Assembly: GCA_002189035.1 (NCBI GenBank)
Contig: CM007989.1
Span: 744,001 to 808,000 of the forward strand
DNA length: 64,000 nucleotides
Direction of reading: 5' to 3'
Origin: Utricularia gibba
Lineage: Eukaryota > Plantae > Magnoliophyta
Shown piece by piece: positions 1 through 13,755 of the stretch. The translations under genes were made by a program, and so were the position numbers. Under the pieces are notes generated by a model. It made no database searches. It was given only the letters and a program-made list of their open reading frames with translations, and was not told the origin of the DNA. How positions within the stretch are numbered: position 1 is the stretch's first letter; each line of letters opens with the position of its first letter.

Positions 1-999
1 TGAAACCATAGAAAAGGAAAATCGATAATTCAGGGGAAATATTCGCAACCAGAACCAGAGATTTTAGCCTGAGCGAGAGGGAGGCAGCGAGGCCAGGAAG
101 AGACGATGATTAGATTCGGAAAGCGCTCCCTTCTACGTGTCCGCCTCTCGACCGTTGGCTAAAAATACTTTCTACAAATAATATTAAACCAAAACAAATT
201 TAATTACTATTTAAATTCCAGCCTTTAATATCATGAAACATAGACTTATTTTGTTTTCATAATTTATTGAAATAATTTTTTTTAATTTTTGAACTTTTCT
301 AATTTTTAATCATTTTATAGTAAAATCATACATTAAGATTCTGTAGTTAATTTAAAAAATTATTGAATTTTTAAATTTTTGTTTTAATGATTAAATAAGA
401 TAGTAATTAGTAAAAATATACAATAAACTTTTTATCTATTCTATAATATATATTTATATCACAATATTAAATTATATAATATATATATTATTTTATTAAA
501 TTTATAATATTACATAAAATAGTTTATAATATCAAATTGATTTATTCTATAATCTTAAAAACTGATTCTATCATACATAATTTTCAATACAACTTCAAAT
601 TATAAAATAAAGTTATAACAATTACAGCGAAAAACTAAATAAATAGAATGAAAATAATCTTTAAATGGATAAAATTAAAAAGCATATAAATTATAAATTA
701 TAATTTTATAAAAGAAAAATATAACATATTCAGACAATTTCCTCACCTTATTTAATGTCATAGGAAGGGAGCACGTTCAACAGCCCTCATGCTGAGATCT
801 TTGTCACAGTACGCGACGCTATCCACCACCTTTTTGAAGATTCCTGAGCATCATCATCATCCTGCGGCTTAGACGACACTGGTTTACAGGAATATCATTT
901 CCCGGGAATCACACTTACCCGTTCCGTAGTGATGCAAACAGTGCGCGATCACGGTCTCCTTTGTCTCTTCATCCTCGCATTCACGAAGGGTTGCTGCAT

Positions 1000-3673
1000 T
1001 CAAGGAGGAAAAAAATGGTGAGCCCAGGTTGGTTGGGGTTGGGGTGAACCACACCACCCTGTGTTGTTTATACCTGCTATGTTGAGGACTACAACTCGCA
1101 GGAGCTGATTTCCCAAGTCAGATTGCTCTTCTTTGATCTGTGTTGCCCAATGCACGATGGCTTCTTGATGATCATCCACGATGGCTGATTCCAGAGTTGA
1201 TATGTATCCCATGTCGTCTGGGAGTTGAGTGAGGTTGGGGCATGCGATGAGGGCAAGGCGCTGAAGACTTGGGAAGGGGTTGGAGCCTTCGCTCGTCCAG
1301 CATTCCAGATCGCTTCTGTAAATTTCGAGTACCCTGAGGTTTTCGAAGTCCCCTTCCTTCATCTCCCAGACGCTTCCGAAGAAGACATTGTCCCTGACCT
1401 TGAGTACTTGAAGATTGGGTAGGGAACCGATTGCCCTGGCCATGTCCTCCCATCTGGCTCGCACTGCGCCTCCTCCCAGTTTCAGCTTCTTCAAGCTTGA
1501 TGGGAAGGTGAGGCTCTTCAGGAGTGGACTCTGCATGGACCATCCCAAGTCGTAGTATTCACCACTCCAACACTGGAGCTTCAGTATCTCGAGACGGGTG
1601 AGATGGCTGACATTGTTGAAGCAATATTCGGAACAAGACTCTTCTGTGGGAACAATGTCATAGAAAAGGTCCAGCTTCCTCATATTCGGTATCAGTTTCA
1701 CTGTCTCCTCCGTGAAGCAGAAGTTCCTGAGCTTTTCTAAAGAAAAGGTTTGGAAGTTGGTGCATTTTCTCTGTTGGACTGGGCAAGTAGGCGGGAGGAA
1801 AGAAGTCGACCTTCTTCAGTTTAGGCATCTTCCATATTTCAAGAGGTATGGTCAAAGACTTGATCATCCATGCGGTAGGTCCACACAAGCGAATGGTCAG
1901 GATCTCAAGGTTCTCCATCTTACAAATGCTCTGCGGAACATCTACGCCTTCAATGTCTGGAAAATTCAATTCTAAGTATCTTAAATGGCACAGTTTGAGC
2001 AGGTGCGATGGGAAATCGCTGCTTATAACATGAAATGCATCAAAGATTCTGAGATGCCTGCAGCTCAGCAACTCGGACACTGAATCCTCGTCGTTAGAGC
2101 CACAGATCAAGCTGCGAAGATATGGGAGTTTTGCAGTAACATCCTGGCCGGATTCATCTGTTAAAGAAGTCGCCCTGCGTGCGGTGGTAGTCCCCTCAGC
2201 TGTGTTATAGCTAAAATGAATGAACTTCTCTTGTTGAGCTTTTATTCGGCTCAGGTCTACCAGAAGATCGTGAATAGAAAAGAACTTAATCCGGCCACTG
2301 TAGGTTTTATCTCCGGCGATGATGAGATTTCTCTTGAGGAGTTGCCCCAAATACTCATAAGCAGTGTCTTCCACCTGCGTTGTTCCTCTGAGGAACCCAT
2401 CAACTATCCAGAACTTCAAGAGGATGGAGACACGAATGGCCTCACGTCTGGGGAAAACACTCATGTACAGAAAACATGGCCTCAAGTAATGCGGCAAATG
2501 TTGATAACTCAAACCCAAAATCTCCATGAAACGATCAGAACTGGACTCAGCAGCCCCAGCCACGTTATATGCTATACTCAGCCATGAATCTTGGTTCAAA
2601 TTGGCATTGATGAGAATACCTGCAATGACGACAATGGCAAGAGGAAGCCCATCACATCCTTTTGCGATATGTTTTCCGATTTCTATGAGCTCCACAGGGC
2701 AGGATTCTCCTCCAAACACCCTGTGCTCAAGCATGCTCCAACTTGTCTCCTCATCAAGAGGCTTCAGATTGCAAATGAAGCCCGACGGTTTCGCATAGCG
2801 TGCCAAATCCTCGCGCCTTGTAGTCAACAGCACCCAACTTCTATTCCCATCTTCTCGAAGGCGATTCAGCACTTCATCCCACGCATCAAAATCCCATATA
2901 TCATCGAGGACGATGAGGAACCTTCGGCCATATAACAGCTGATTAACCCTGATTCCAAGATCAATAATGCTGATATTCATGTGTTCCAAAGGATTCTCAA
3001 CTCCTAATATGGCAAGCAGAATAGCACAGACATCATAGTTTTGCGTAACCGTGACCCAACGACAGAGATCAAAATGATCGGTAATCCCCTTATCATCAAA
3101 TATAGCTCCTGCTAAGGAAGTTTTTCCGATTCCTCCCATCCCAACTATTGGCAAAATCTGAAGACCAACAGAAGAATGACTAAGTAAGCGAGTTCTAATC
3201 TGGTCCAGGTTATCATCGAATCCGAAAAGTTTCTCCCGTTTCGGAACCAGAGACGCTGTCGCCGTAGATGGGGTTTTAACTGGAGATGGTTCGTGCCCTC
3301 CATTCCCTTGTTGTTCACCAACACCCATTTTCATTTCATCCAAAATTGACTCAAAGATCGCACTCGCATTGCCCATGCCGTCAAATAAACCCTGTTTCTC
3401 CTCAGGGCTCGTCTCCTCATCCCAAATCGTGCGTGAGATGTAATCTTCCATGATTGATTCTGCTTCGTTGGCCGCATCGTGGATCTGTTCTTCCCACTTG
3501 GAAACCCCCTGAGGGAACTCATCAAAAAGTCTCCGCAAGGAGTTGATGTTACGTTGAAGAGACTCAAAGAGGCACCTTCCGTTTTGATGATGATCCAGAA
3601 TCTGATGGCGGTTCCTTTGGACGAAATCTTCAAGGACCTGATCAAGGGAAACCAAAACAGAGTAAGCCGCCAT
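1000..3673 (-). CDS. CC-NB-ARC-LRR resistance protein, R1A/R1B-like, with a frameshift at about 1743-1746 in the LRR region (pseudogene or assembly error)
   Basis: Start MAAYSVLVSL (ATG 3673). Motifs: P-loop GMGGIGKT, kinase-2 FLIVLDDIW, RNBS-B VLLTTR, GLPLA, RNBS-D CFLYMSVFP, MHD variant IHD. ORF 1658-3718 continues in another frame as ORF 1000-1701 (NFCFTEETVKLIPNMRKLDL, FPSSLKKLKL, LPNLQVLKV, FPSLQRL). A possible extra phase-compatible intron 1073-994 leads to a small exon 993-919. Confidence 0.93.
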
Positions 3674-4352
3674 GCCGCAAATGCAAGAAGCCCACGATGG
3701 AAAAGACACTGCATTCAAAATTCCAATTCTTCAAAACGTCAACTTATATGGAAAAGACAATTGTACCCCCTCTTTGTTGACTTCAAAGCCATTGTATGTG
3801 TAGATTAAAGATAGGATCATCTAGCTAGCACATATAAAGCCTTAACTATATAATAAATGTGTATAATATTTGAAAATTTTAATTCAACTGATTATTAGTT
3901 TTTTATCTATAATTTTTTTATATATTTAATTATTTAATTTTTTGATGTGAGATTTGTTGTTTTTATATTCACCTTCAAACCAAATTGTTTTTTTGTATGA
4001 TTATAAATAATGTTTGAATTATAAATTAATCTAATTTTTATGTTTAAATTCAATGTATTTTCTTATTTTTTTATTTAACCAAAATTCAAATAAATACTAA
4101 ATTCATTTTAACCACTTAAATCATGTGGTAAAATAATCATTTTGATATCATATTGAAATTACAAATGGATGTATTAAGCGAGTATGTTTTGAAACTTAAA
4201 TATATAATAAATATTAATTATATTAAAAAAATAAAATAAATTAATTATTAATGATTTATAATTTATCATATAATTAATGATTTAAATTTAATTTTTAGAC
4301 GTGAATTGATTGTTAGAGGGTGGAGGGGGAATTTTGCCGGGTGTTTTGATGA

Positions 4353-5762
4353 ATGAAGCCCACTCATCAGGCCTACCGAATTCTCCCCGGAATCAGATTC
4401 TTCATCCTTCGACGCTACCGTCGTAGTGCGTCTCCTATGTTTGATGGTTCCCGGGAAATTCGCTATTCTCCGGCTGAATCTCCAGACCTATTCAACCCCA
4501 AAGTCACAGCCTTCTTGGTATCGGATTCAACCCATTTGAAGCAGCTGCGTCACATTTTCGCCCAGATAATTCGAACCCACTTTCTTGATTTGTACCCAGA
4601 AACGTTTCACTACAACAACATCTGTAGAATCTTCAGCAGGCTAGGGTCGCCTCAAGACGCACTGCGGGTGTTCATCGCTATGTGTCGTTCAGGAGTACCG
4701 CCGGACAATTTTACGCTTCCGATAGTCCTGAAAGCTGCGAGCCTGAGCTTTGGCGTGCTTCTATGTGAACAACTACATGGGGTTTCTGTTAAGCACGGGT
4801 TGGAGAATGATGTGTACTGTGAGAGTGGACTTATCAGTTCGTATTGCAAGGCGGGCAAAATAGAGAATGCGCGTAAGGTGTTCGATAATAGTACCGAAAG
4901 GAAACTTGGGTCGTGGAATGCTTTTATTAGCGGGCTGTCGCAAGCTGGGGCAGCCAAGGAAGCTCTGGATATATTCATGTTGATGATGAGAAGAGGGATT
5001 GCCCCTGACGATGTCACAATGGTGAGCTTGACTTCAGCTTGTGGGAGTTTGGGTGACTTCAATCTGGCCCTTCAGCTACACAAGTGTGTTTTCCAGGCGA
5101 AAAGCTTGGAAAAATCCGATTTGCTCATGATGAACTCCCTTGTTGACATGTATGGCAAGTGCGGCAGAATGGACTTGGCTGGCAAAGTCTTCTGCAAGAT
5201 GGAGGAGAGGAATGTGTCATCATGGACCTCGATGATAGTTGGATATGCAGCTCAAGGGCGTGTGGTTGAAGCACTGGATTGCTTCCACCGGATGCTCGAA
5301 AGCGGAGTCACACCAAACGGGGTTTCCTTTGTTGGGGTACTCACGGCTTGTGTACATGGAGGGATGGTGCAAGAAGGGAAGAACTACTTCAACATGATGG
5401 TGAATAGCTACAGGATCAAGCCTGCATTACCCCATTACGGATGCATGGCTGACCTGCTCGGCCGGGCCGGACTGCTGGAAGAGGCAAAGGCGATGGTTGA
5501 TGAGATGCCGCTCAAAGCTAATGTTGTGATATGGGGTTGTTTGATGGGAGCCTGCGAGAAGTTTGGGAATGTGAAAATAGGAGAGTGGGTAGGGAATCAG
5601 TTGATGGAGCTGGATCCTGAGAATGATGGGGTGTACGTAGCTTTGTCCAACATCTACGCAAGTCATGGAATGTGGGAAGAGGTTGAGAAAATTAGAAATA
5701 TTATGAAGGAAAGAGCAATGATCAGATTACCTGCTTATAGCTTGCGTGAGGCTGCAGCTTGA
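4353..5762 (+). CDS. PLS-class PPR protein, E subgroup, intronless (resembles At1g77170 type)
   Basis: 469-aa ORF with PLS repeats (SGLISSYCKAG, NSLVDMYGKCGRMDLA, SSWTSMIVGYA, HYGCMADLLGRAG) and an E domain (IWGCLMGACEKFG...YVALSNIYA). No DYW domain. Confidence 0.93.
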   Translation: MKPTHQAYRILPGIRFFILRRYRRSASPMFDGSREIRYSPAESPDLFNPKVTAFLVSDSTHLKQLRHIFAQIIRTHFLDLYPETFHYNNICRIFSRLGSPQDALRVFIAMCRSGVPPDNFTLPIVLKAASLSFGVLLCEQLHGVSVKHGLENDVYCESGLISSYCKAGKIENARKVFDNSTERKLGSWNAFISGLSQAGAAKEALDIFMLMMRRGIAPDDVTMVSLTSACGSLGDFNLALQLHKCVFQAKSLEKSDLLMMNSLVDMYGKCGRMDLAGKVFCKMEERNVSSWTSMIVGYAAQGRVVEALDCFHRMLESGVTPNGVSFVGVLTACVHGGMVQEGKNYFNMMVNSYRIKPALPHYGCMADLLGRAGLLEEAKAMVDEMPLKANVVIWGCLMGACEKFGNVKIGEWVGNQLMELDPENDGVYVALSNIYASHGMWEEVEKIRNIMKERAMIRLPAYSLREAAA

Positions 5763-6110
5763 TCCTTCTTCAGGTTTGTATATATCTGGTGCAGATGGCT
5801 TCCAGCTTTCTGTAACTGATTTTTCATAGTTCTGTGACTGCGTTTGGTTTGTGGTTCAAGAATCACCATAAAAGCTGCAACTTTTCTTCGGATGAGTTCA
5901 GTTTGCATCATTCTGGTTAACCTTGTGGCATGATTTGTAGGCGAGGAATCCTCAGCGCCATTCAACAAAAATAGGAAGGAGTAGTCTTCCTCATTTCTCC
6001 CAGAAGTAGTTTCCTCGTCGTCTCGATGCGTGCCTTCAACATCACGTCCACCTGCTTCGTCTCATCCCGATCCTCCTCCGGCGCCGGAAAGCCACGCCCA
6101 CCTCCTATCA

Positions 6111-8278
<2,168 letters not shown>

Positions 8279-8701
8279 ATTCAAGACTCTTGTTTTGAAC
8301 TTTCTCAAAACAAGTAGATCCATCATGGAGGCACAGCAGAATGCATGCACATATTACTGAACAAAGTCTTGACCAAACTGGGGGAGGCCTGCTGGATCAA
8401 TCTGCAAACTCAAGGTTTGTTTAGGCCCAACAAAATGGATTGTCTTGTGCATGAACAATGTGACGGATGCAATGTTCGATTCTATTCATTCTGATCACAG
8501 ATTCTTGAAGGTACGCCTACTGTGAAACATACAGATATGGTGTTTCATTCTATTCATCCTGATGACATATTCTGAAATTAAAATACAAAATAGTTCAATC
8601 AAATGCCATACAACTAAAGTAGACATTAAAAAGCTTCAAAAAATACAAGCTCCATCCAACGGTAGAATAAAAAATGAACCGCAAAGGGCTCGTGAAATGG
8701 C

Positions 8702-11700
8702 TTACTGCCGGGTAACCTTCTGCTTTGAGAAGTAATCTGCAGCTGATAAAAATATGTGTTCTCCCAAAACAACTTCAACAGGAGGTAGACCTTCAACACA
8801 CCCAACTTTGATCTTTCCGTCACCTTTTTGGAACTCTACCTTCAAATTATGGGTATCTCTCGTCAACAAATAGGTTTTTAACCCCTGTGCAGACCTGGTA
8901 TTGCCATCATAGAGTGAAACAATTTTATTTGTGTTGAATGCCAGGGACGGCCTAGTCAAGATGATGGAGAACGATAGATTTGAGATTCCATGGAAGCTCT
9001 CTTCAGCAAGAGTTACAGCATGAGGTGCAATCACTGAGAATGGAAGCAGTGGAGAACCAAGTGACTCTCTTATGTACTCTTCTTGAGATTCTAATAGTTC
9101 CCGAGAATTTGTTTCATCATCGTCCAAGGATTTAAAGTAAACCTCCACCAAATCTGTGGGTTCAAGTGCAGATTTCTTCCTTAATTTCTGGATACGGTTC
9201 ACTATCTCACGGGCAACTCCTGCCTCAAACAAAGATTCATCTGCCCGCAAGTCCAGTACAACCAGTACATCACCATCTCCTTTAGCATCCACTTCCTCTG
9301 CCCTTACACCACTAGGGGGTTTGAATTCCCGAGCAACCCGAATATCACTGAGCTTCAGAACGTGTCCAGCAATAGTGATCTCACCAGCTTTTTCAAAAGA
9401 TAATATATCTTGGGTTGACAAAGCTTTTACTTCCTTAGCAACAGCTCCCACTGATTTTCCAAGCCTTTTTCCTAAAATGCTAAAATCAGGCTCTGCACGC
9501 AAAGTTGCATACTTCAACGCATCACTGCATGGCACCAAAGACCTTACATTAAGCTCCTCTAGCACATACTCTTTCAGTTTACCAGCAATGTCTTCAAGAA
9601 AATCTTCATCGGGATGTACAACTACAATCTCCTTGAGTGGCATTTTGAGAGGCTTATTATGGCGCTCCCGAATGTTTCGCGCAAGGTCTATGATAGTCAT
9701 CATCCGGTTGACACTTTCTTCAATGCGCTCCCCTCTCTTCCCCTCTACTTCAGGAAAACTACAGAAATGAATGCTCTCCTCTGATTCATCAATAACCTTT
9801 CTCATGTTCTGATATAGGACCTCAGTAAAGAATGGCGTGAATGGAGCCATGGATTTACATGCAGTTAGAAGCACGTAATATAGAGTAGAAAGAGCAGTTC
9901 TACAATCAGCATCCCCTGTACGTCCCTTCAGCCTCTTTCGGTTGAAACGAACATAAATATTTGTCAGGTTATCCAAGAATTTCAGTAAATACGGGACCAC
10001 TGTGTACAATCTATAAGCATCCATTTCTTGACGCACAAAGTGGACCAGGCTCTGAGTGGCAGAATTGATCCATTGGTCAAGCACATTGGACGACTTCTGA
10101 AGAATCTGTTGATTAACAGGAGTGAAAGGGGCAAATCCCTCAACTTCAAGTCTTTTAGCATTTTGCACCATGAATCTGTAAGCATTATACCATGGTAAAA
10201 ATACATCCTTCACTACACCATAAACGCCTTCCTTTTTAAAGCGCAAGGGTTCAGCACGAACAACAGGAGAATTTATAATGTATAGACGCAATGCATCAGC
10301 TCCATAATCATCAATGACTTCAGATGGTGGAGGGTAATTTTTCAGTCTCTTGCTCATCTTTTTCCCATCCTCAGCCAAAACAAGCCCATTGCAAATCAGG
10401 TTTCTGAATGCAGGTTTTCCAAATAATGCTGTTGATAGAACCATAAGTGTGTAGAACCAGCCACGTGTTTGATCCAGTCCCTCAGCCACAAAATGTCCAG
10501 GAAAATTGTTTTCAAAGAGCTCCACATTTTCAAATGGATAATGTATATACGCATAGGGCATAGAGCCACTCTCAAACCAGCAATCAAACACATCTTCAAC
10601 CCTTCGAAGGACCCCAAACTCGGGACCGCGACTTGATGGAATTGTAATATGATCAATTTTATGACGATGCAAATCAGTTACAGAGGCTCCCGAAAGCTTT
10701 TCTAGTTTCTCAACGGAATCCACAACCACAATCTCCTCTCCATCCTCACTCAGCCATAACGGGAGTGGAGTACCCCAAAACCTGCTTCTACTGACGGCCC
10801 AATCTCTAGCATTTTCAAGCCAATTGTGAAAACGTTTTTCTTTCACAAAATCAGGTACCCAGTAAGTCTGTTTGTTATTTTCTAGCAACTGATCTTTAAT
10901 CTTTTCTACAGCAACAAACCAGCTGGGCACTGCCCTGTAGATAAGAGGGGTATCAGATCTCCAGCAAAATGGGTAGCTATGTGTAAAACTTCCAGATTTG
11001 ACAAGTCGATCTTTTTCTTTGACTGCTTGGATGATATCCTTATCTGCATCCTTCACATATCGCTTACTAAAATCAACAACTCTCTCAGTAAAACAGCCAT
11101 CATCGTCCACTGCCACAACTAAATTTTCACCCTTATTAATTATACCATTTTCCATACAGACGCGGTAATCATCTTCACCAAAAGCTGGAGCACAATGAAC
11201 TATTCCAGTACCACTGTCGTCAGTCACATAATCATCTGAAACAACTTTAAATGCCACGTGAGAGAAATCTGAGAAATAATCAAACAGGGGAACATACTTC
11301 CTACCCACTAGAGAAGCCCCTGAAAACTTTGCCAAAATTTCATAAGTCTCGACATTCTTAGGTTTGCCACCTGAAGATTTCTGTTTGTTTGACTTATCTG
11401 ATTCACCTGCAGCAGTCCCATCAGACACAGCCTTCTTTGCCTTTTCAACTGGAAGCTCCGCCAAACGAGATTCGGCAACCACATAAACTTTCCCGGTGAA
11501 CTTGTTTCGAACTTTCACATACACAAAATTAGAATTTACACAAAGTGCCAAATTGCTAGGCAACGTCCAAGGAGTTGTAGTCCAAGCAACAAAACTCGCA
11601 CCATCAGGATCATCAACAACAGGAAAAGCTACCATTAGTTCGGGGTCAGGAACCTCCTTATAGTTGGAATTGGCTTCAAAATTAGATAATGGAGTTTTCA

Positions 11701-12481
11701 ACCCTGTGCTATACGGCATTACCTGCACCAAAAATTTTACCACGAATCATGGAACACTAAAAACTTCCGAAGAACACAATGAAACCTTGAATGCCCGTAT
11801 GAAATAGCACAAGACGCCACTTCCGTAAAACGAACAGCAAGTTAGAACAGATAAATGTAAGCAAAAAGCTCATAAAATTCAAAAAAAAAAAAAAAAAATG
11901 CAGCAAGGGCTCCAAATCTGTAAGACATTGGAAGAATGTAGTCGAACCTTGAACCCTTTATAAACCAGCCCCTTCTTGAAGAGCTGAGCGAACACCCACC
12001 AAACCGATTCCATGAATTTTATATCCATGGTCTTATAATCGTTCTCAAAGTCAATCCAGCGTCCCACCCTCCGCACAGTTTTCTCCCACTCACCAACATA
12101 CCTCTGCACAATTCCCCTACATTCTTCATTGTAGTTGCCAATCCCCATCTTAAGCACATCCCCGCGGCTCTTGATCCCCAGCTTTTGATCAATTTCATGT
12201 TCCACAGGCAATCCATGGCAATCCCATCCGAATCTTCGTGTCACATGATGGCCCGTCATCGACTGATACCGCGTTACAATATCCTTGATCGTCCCGGCCA
12301 AGATGTGGCCATAGTGAGGTAATCCCGTGGCGAACGGCGGCCCATCGTAAAAAATGTATTCCGGTAGGTGTTTAGTACGCTCGAGCTGCGTCTTGAAAGC
12401 TGCAATCTCGTCCCACCATTCGAGTATCTTCTCTTCATGCGATGGGAACGAGAAGTCCTTTCCCTCAGATACGTCCTCCAT
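8702..12481 (-). CDS. IleRS: Isoleucyl-tRNA synthetase, cytoplasmic, 2 exons
   Basis: Exon 1 12481-11948, intron 11947-11723, exon 2 11722-8702. Class I motifs PHYGH (HIGH) and KMSKR. Also [36 protein letters not shown]. Confidence 0.98.
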
Positions 12482-12848
12482 CAACGACGATCTCCGCCGC
12501 CGCCGGGTAATGAAGTGGCTAGGGTTTTTGCCCTTTGCTGATTGAACCTAAATACAACACTTATTTATTTATTTAATATATATATTTTTTACTACTTTGA
12601 CAAGTCAAAGGCAGCCATGGATCCTCGCTTGGAACCAGCTCGAGCAAACCTATCTCCGATGCAAGAACAGATTCCTCTCCAGGATGCTTCTTGTCCGAAT
12701 GAAGAAGCCACGAATCCTTCTTTCTAAAGGAAAAGAAATGCTTACGGAACTGTGCTGAGTCTTTGCTATTTAACAACCCGACAAACATCGTCGTCTTCGG
12801 TACATTCGGCCGGCGATTGACATAGAACAGCCATACCCAGCGACAAGG

Positions 12849-13573
12849 ATGACTCAAGCCAACAACTTCGATCCTCTGACTGATCTCGTCCGGGAGGATG
12901 AATGCGATACTCTTCTTTTATATCTCCCTGGTAATATCTCCGTCTCTCTACAATGTTTCCCGGTGGTTACTTTCCATTGATCAAGTGATTACATGATATG
13001 GTTACAGGGTTCTTCAAAGACCAGTTGAGAGTTCAGTTGACGGCTTCGGGGAATCTGAAGATCAGCGGAAGAAGCCAACTCCGCGATGGGGGAATGAGGA
13101 GCTTCGTGAAGGAATTTCCGATTTCCGCATCGTGCGACAGGGAGAAAATCACAGCCAAATTCGAAGGCGAAATACTCTACATAAGACAACCGCATGTGCA
13201 TTCTCCAGCTCCCACTCCGTCAACCGCTCCCGTTCCTGCCCCCGGTCCGTCAACAGAAGCTACTCCTGCTCCTGTCGCGGCAACCGATGATCGCGCCAAG
13301 GCCAATGAAAAACCAGATTCCGGCGCGGAAGATGGGAAGAAGCCCGAGGGGGAAGAAGCTAAAAAGGAAGAAAGCGTCGAGAAGAGGGGTGAAGAATGGC
13401 AGGTTGCCAGAGGAAGAGTCAAAGGGTCGGCCAAGGTGAAGACAGCGGCGGTCCTAGTCATTGGGCTACTGCTGGTGTTGGTAGTGGGCATCTACGTCGC
13501 CCATATGAGTTCGCCGTGGCAGTGGCAGTGGCCGGCGCCGGCGCCGGCGGAAGATCAACTTGCCTCGTTATGA
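12849..13573 (+). CDS. HSP20/alpha-crystallin domain protein with a C-terminal transmembrane segment (RTM2-like)
   Basis: Exons 12849-12930 and 13008-13573. ACD motifs LLLYLPGFFKDQLRVQ...LKISG...FVKEFPI...ITAKFEGEILYI, then a P/A/E-rich linker and hydrophobic AAVLVIGLLLVLVVGIYV. Confidence 0.85.
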
Positions 13574-13755
13574 ACAACACAAATGAATCATCATATTCAC
13601 ATTGTAAATTAATAAAAACGCTAAATGCCAACATAAACCTAAACCTTTTAAAAAAACACCCTTTCAAAAAGTATATAAACGCATATTACCATTTTTTATT
13701 ATTTCTATAAATAGAAAATAATGTTTCTTTTTTAAGCATGAGGTCTAAGAATGCA

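Noticed and set aside
8479-8575. 26-nt imperfect direct repeat between the CPK and IleRS 3' ends
   Set aside because: Two copies with 3 mismatches only; an ordinary small UTR duplication.
12660-12800. Heat-shock element upstream of the HSP20-like gene
   Set aside because: GAA and TTC triplets are present but not in the nGAAnnTTCn spacing.
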